From Thermoproteota archaeon (lineage in GTDB: Archaea; Thermoproteota; Thermoprotei_A; EX4484-217-1), in assembly GCA_029258915.1 (NCBI GenBank), contig JAPDJU010000006.1:101183-165182 (forward strand): a DNA stretch of 64,000 nt. Reading direction: 5' to 3'. The notes under the pieces were generated by a model. The model made no database searches, was not told where the DNA came from, and worked only from the letters and a program-made list of their open reading frames with translations. Numbering within the stretch: position 1 is the stretch's first letter; the number at the start of each line of letters is the position of its first letter. Shown piece after piece: positions 60,441-64,000 of this stretch. Position numbers and translations under genes: made by a program.

Positions 60441-61961
60441 GTGGTTCTTGTTGTTAATTTTGGTGGGCAATACGCTCATTTAATATCTCGAAGGCTAAGG
60501 GAACTAAATATTTATACTGAAGTTGTTTCGCATAGGAGTCTAAAAAGCGTAATTGCCCAGAAAAATGTTAAAGCCCTTATTCTTTCAGGAGGACCTGCTA
60601 GCGTATATGATAATGAGGAAGACATTAAGAATTTAGACTTCATATTAAACCTTAACATACCAGTTTTAGGTATTTGTTACGGTCACCAACTCCTAGCTAA
60701 GCTTGTCAGCGGCGACGTTAAAAGGGGTAAAGGGGAGTTTGGACGTACAGAAATTAAAATACTAAAAGACGATCCTCTGTTTAAAGGATGGGAGCAGAAA
60801 GAAAATGTATGGATGAGCCATAGAGACTACGTAGCAGAATTACCAGATATAGCTGAAGTTTTAGCTGTTTCTGAAAGAGACTATATTGCAGCTTTTAAGC
60901 TTAAAAACAAGCCCATATATGGTGTACAGTTCCATCCCGAAGTTCATCATACTGCTAAAGGCAGGAAACTCCTCAACAATTTCATAGAGGTTTCAGGAAT
61001 TAAAAAACGTTGGAAACTTAAAGACATAGTAGAGGATATTATTAACTACATTAGTAGAACTATTGAACCTAACGCTAAAGCCTTAGCAGCTATCAGCGGT
61101 GGCATAGACTCAACGGTTGCTGCAGTATTAGTTAAGAAGATTATTGGTGACAGATTAGTTCCTATATTAGTAGATCATGGATTGTTCCGTAAAGGAGAAG
61201 TTGAGGAATCAATTAAATGTTTAAGAAAGATAGGTTTAGAACCTGTTGTAGTAGATGCTAGAGAAAGGTTTCTCAAGAAACTCTGGGGTACTAGAGATTG
61301 TGAAGAGAGAAGGAGAATCATAGGCAACACATTTGCTGAAATATTTAGCGAACTTGCAGAAGAAGATTCAAACATAAAATACTTAGTTCAAGGAACAACA
61401 TATCCAGATGTTATTGAAAGCGGGCATGTAGAAAAAGCAGATAAAATAAAAAGCCACCATAATGTTGCTGCTCTTCCATCGTGGCTTAAGCTTAAAGTAG
61501 TAGAGCCTCTTAAATTCCTCTATAAAGATGAAGTAAGAAGAATAGCTAAAATAATTGGAGTTCCTAACGAAATAATTAGTAAACACCCATTTCCGGGGCC
61601 AGGGTTTGCGGTAAGAGTTATTGGAGTTTTTACACCTGAAAAGCTTGAGATTTCTAGAAATGCTTCTAAAATACTTGAAGATGAGCTTAGAAAAGAAAAC
61701 CTTTACAATAATGTTTGGCAAGCTTTTGCAGTAGTAGGCGATGACACTTGGGTTGGGATTAAGGGAGATTCTAGAGATGTAGGGTACATAGTTACGTTGA
61801 GAATTGTTGTTAGTGAAGATGCTATGACAGCTGACTGGTATAGAATACCTTACGATGTTCTCGATAGAGTTTCGAGAAGAATAGTAAGCGAGTTAGATAG
61901 GGTAACAATGGTAACATATGCTATATCATCTAAACCCCCCAGCACCATAGAACCTTGCTAA
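60441..61961 (+). CDS. guaA: GMP synthase (glutamine-hydrolysing), fused GATase and ATP-pyrophosphatase domains
   Basis: GATase GICYGHQLL and PP-loop SGGIDSTV motifs; GTG start. Confidence 0.9.
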   Translation: MVLVVNFGGQYAHLISRRLRELNIYTEVVSHRSLKSVIAQKNVKALILSGGPASVYDNEEDIKNLDFILNLNIPVLGICYGHQLLAKLVSGDVKRGKGEFGRTEIKILKDDPLFKGWEQKENVWMSHRDYVAELPDIAEVLAVSERDYIAAFKLKNKPIYGVQFHPEVHHTAKGRKLLNNFIEVSGIKKRWKLKDIVEDIINYISRTIEPNAKALAAISGGIDSTVAAVLVKKIIGDRLVPILVDHGLFRKGEVEESIKCLRKIGLEPVVVDARERFLKKLWGTRDCEERRRIIGNTFAEIFSELAEEDSNIKYLVQGTTYPDVIESGHVEKADKIKSHHNVAALPSWLKLKVVEPLKFLYKDEVRRIAKIIGVPNEIISKHPFPGPGFAVRVIGVFTPEKLEISRNASKILEDELRKENLYNNVWQAFAVVGDDTWVGIKGDSRDVGYIVTLRIVVSEDAMTADWYRIPYDVLDRVSRRIVSELDRVTMVTYAISSKPPSTIEPC

Positions 61962-61973
61962 AGGTGAGTAATT

Positions 61974-62579
61974 ATGGATGTAGTTTACATATCATGGGAT
62001 AAAGCAATAAAGATGTGCTATAAGTTAGCTGAAAAAGTGTTAAAATCTAATCAAGGATTCGATGTAGTAGTGGCTATTTCACGTGGTGGCTTAATACCTG
62101 CACGTATAATTAGCGATATTCTAGGCATCGATGAACTGTACACTATTAGGTCAAAATTTTGGGGTACAGGAGGAACTATAGCCTCAGAACCCTTAGTTAA
62201 GGTTCCCCAAAACATTGATGTAAAAAATAAAGATATCTTAGTTGTTGACGAAGTTGTTGATACTGGAGCTACAATGACGAAAACTGTGAAAATAATTAAA
62301 AATTTAGGAGCAAGGAAGGTGAGAGCAGCTACATTACATTACAAGTTAAGAAGCAAATTTATACCAGATTACTATGTGGAGAAGGTTAAAAAATGGGTAT
62401 GGATCTTCTATCCCTGGTCTTTCTCTGAAACACTCTTCGGCCTAGCTAAAATGCGCGGCTACAAAGATGTCATTCATGGTGCCTCCGAGATAATTAGGGA
62501 GTTAAGAATAAAAGAAGTGCTAATAGATTCTGAAAGCTTAAAACTATCATTAAAAGCCTATTTGGAAGGGGGAATGTGA
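61974..62579 (+). CDS. Purine phosphoribosyltransferase (hypoxanthine/guanine PRTase-like)
   Basis: PRPP-binding motif LVVDEVVDTGAT. Confidence 0.65.
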   Translation: MDVVYISWDKAIKMCYKLAEKVLKSNQGFDVVVAISRGGLIPARIISDILGIDELYTIRSKFWGTGGTIASEPLVKVPQNIDVKNKDILVVDEVVDTGATMTKTVKIIKNLGARKVRAATLHYKLRSKFIPDYYVEKVKKWVWIFYPWSFSETLFGLAKMRGYKDVIHGASEIIRELRIKEVLIDSESLKLSLKAYLEGGM

Positions 62580-62582
62580 GAA

Positions 62583-63938
62583 ATGACTACACATTATTCG
62601 TCAATATGTCCTTTTACCTACAGATATGGCTCCGTTGAAATGAGGAAAATATTGGAAAGACGCAATATTTTAAGAAAGTTTATAGAAGCAGAAGCCGCAT
62701 TAATGAAAGCCTTGGAAACCGTTGGTATTGCTCCTAAAGAATGCTATAAGAAAGTATTAGATACAATACCGGAAATAAGGCCTGAAGATATAGATGAATT
62801 GGAGAAGATAATAGGTCATGACATAGCATCTTTAGCTATCCTAATTGCTAAACGCTGCGGCGAATGTGGTAAATATGTGCATTTAGGCGCTACTAGTTAC
62901 GATATAGTCGATACTGCATGGGCTCTTATAGTAAGAGATGCTTTAGGAATAATTAAAAGCAAGTTAAGAAAAATTATTGAGAAAACTATTGAACTTGCTA
63001 TTAAGCATCAAGACACATTAGTTGTTGGTAGAACACATGGCCAACACGCACTACCTATAACGTTTGGTTTTAAACTTGCCAACTATATTTATGAACTGTC
63101 AAGAAGCTATGAAAGACTATGTGAGCTTGAAAAAAGAGTTTTAAGATGTAAAATGTCTGGAGCTGTAGGTACCATGGCTGCGTGGGGCGATAAAGGTTTA
63201 CACGTAGAGTCTACAGTGAGCCAAGTACTTCAACTAGAGCCCCATGTAATAGCTACACAGGTTGCTCCAAGAGATGGATTTGCAGAACTTATATCATCTC
63301 TAGCTATTTTAGCTAGTCAAATGGATAGATTGGCTCTTGAAGCTAGAGAATTAAGCCGGCCTGAAATAGCCGAATTAGATGTAGCTTATACTAAAGTAGG
63401 CAGTAGCACTATGCCTCATAAGAAAAACCCTGTAATAGCTGAGAGAATATCAGGTTTAGCTAAAATAGCTAGAGCCCTAGTTACTGTAGCTTTAGAAAAC
63501 ATTCCACTAATGCATGAAAGAGATTTAACTAATAGTAGTAGTGAAAGATTCCTAATTCCACATGCATTACTTGTTGTAGATCAAATATTAATTGATACTT
63601 ACAACATGTTAGAAGTCCTTAAAATTAATGAGAAAGCTATGAAGAAAAACCTTGAACTAAGCAAAGACACTATAGCATCGGAATGTTTAATGGTAAAGCT
63701 AGTGTTAAAAGCCAATATTCCACGACATGAAGCACACATGTTGTTGGTTAACCTTTCAAATAAGGCTTTAAATGAAAAAAGAAGTTTCAAAGAAATAGTA
63801 TTTGAAAGCAATATTGCAGCTCTTTTAACTAAGAAAGATATTGAAGAATGTTTTGACTTAAGCAGCTATCTGGGTAGCTATAAGCAGCTTATCTATAGAG
63901 CAATAAACTATGCTAAAAACGTTATGAAGAGGTGTTGA
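62583..63938 (+). CDS. purB: Adenylosuccinate lyase
   Basis: Fumarase/ASL signature region GSSTMPHKKNP. Confidence 0.85.
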   Translation: MTTHYSSICPFTYRYGSVEMRKILERRNILRKFIEAEAALMKALETVGIAPKECYKKVLDTIPEIRPEDIDELEKIIGHDIASLAILIAKRCGECGKYVHLGATSYDIVDTAWALIVRDALGIIKSKLRKIIEKTIELAIKHQDTLVVGRTHGQHALPITFGFKLANYIYELSRSYERLCELEKRVLRCKMSGAVGTMAAWGDKGLHVESTVSQVLQLEPHVIATQVAPRDGFAELISSLAILASQMDRLALEARELSRPEIAELDVAYTKVGSSTMPHKKNPVIAERISGLAKIARALVTVALENIPLMHERDLTNSSSERFLIPHALLVVDQILIDTYNMLEVLKINEKAMKKNLELSKDTIASECLMVKLVLKANIPRHEAHMLLVNLSNKALNEKRSFKEIVFESNIAALLTKKDIEECFDLSSYLGSYKQLIYRAINYAKNVMKRC

Positions 63939-63940
63939 CA

Positions 63941-64000
63941 GTGTTATCCATAGTTGTGGGTGGGTTTTTCGGAGACGAAGGAAAAGGGAAAATAGTTGCT
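63941..64000 (+). CDS. purA: Adenylosuccinate synthetase, N-terminal fragment; 3' end lies outside the window
   Basis: Translation VLSIVVGGFFGDEGKGKIVA contains the PurA P-loop GDEGKGK; GTG start. Confidence 0.55.
   Translation, partial: MLSIVVGGFFGDEGKGKIVA

Noticed and set aside
1-64000. CRISPR arrays or cas genes
   Set aside because: No regularly spaced direct repeats and no Cas-like proteins were seen; the only RuvC-fold nuclease is the TnpB-like gene.

Overview
AT-rich (~35% GC) archaeal chromosomal segment, probably a hyperthermophilic member of the TACK/Thermoproteota group. The call rests on an Orc1/Cdc6, MCM, GINS and RFC replication set, an archaeal class I CCA-adding enzyme, an intron-containing tRNA and frequent GTG/TTG starts. 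All family assignments are from reading motifs in the translations; no database search was run. The window is mostly core genome: an RNA end-processing cluster (RNase Z, 2H phosphoesterase, CCA enzyme), replication genes with an intein-bearing MCM, a complete pyr operon, purine genes (guaA, purB, purA start), FeoAB iron uptake and assorted transporters. Non-core content includes a LAGLIDADG intein in the MCM P-loop, a solo IS200/IS605-type tnpB with a degenerate zinc finger beside orc1, a translationally coupled herA-nurA pair, scattered corrinoid-dependent methyltransferase components, an inverted pair of ACT-V4R paralogs, a PurM-like/radical SAM/NCS1 module, and a decaying region of pseudogenes at 29.5-30.5 kb. 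No CRISPR array, cas gene or rRNA was seen. I could not identify one clearly novel system; the candidates are listed as findings with their uncertainty.
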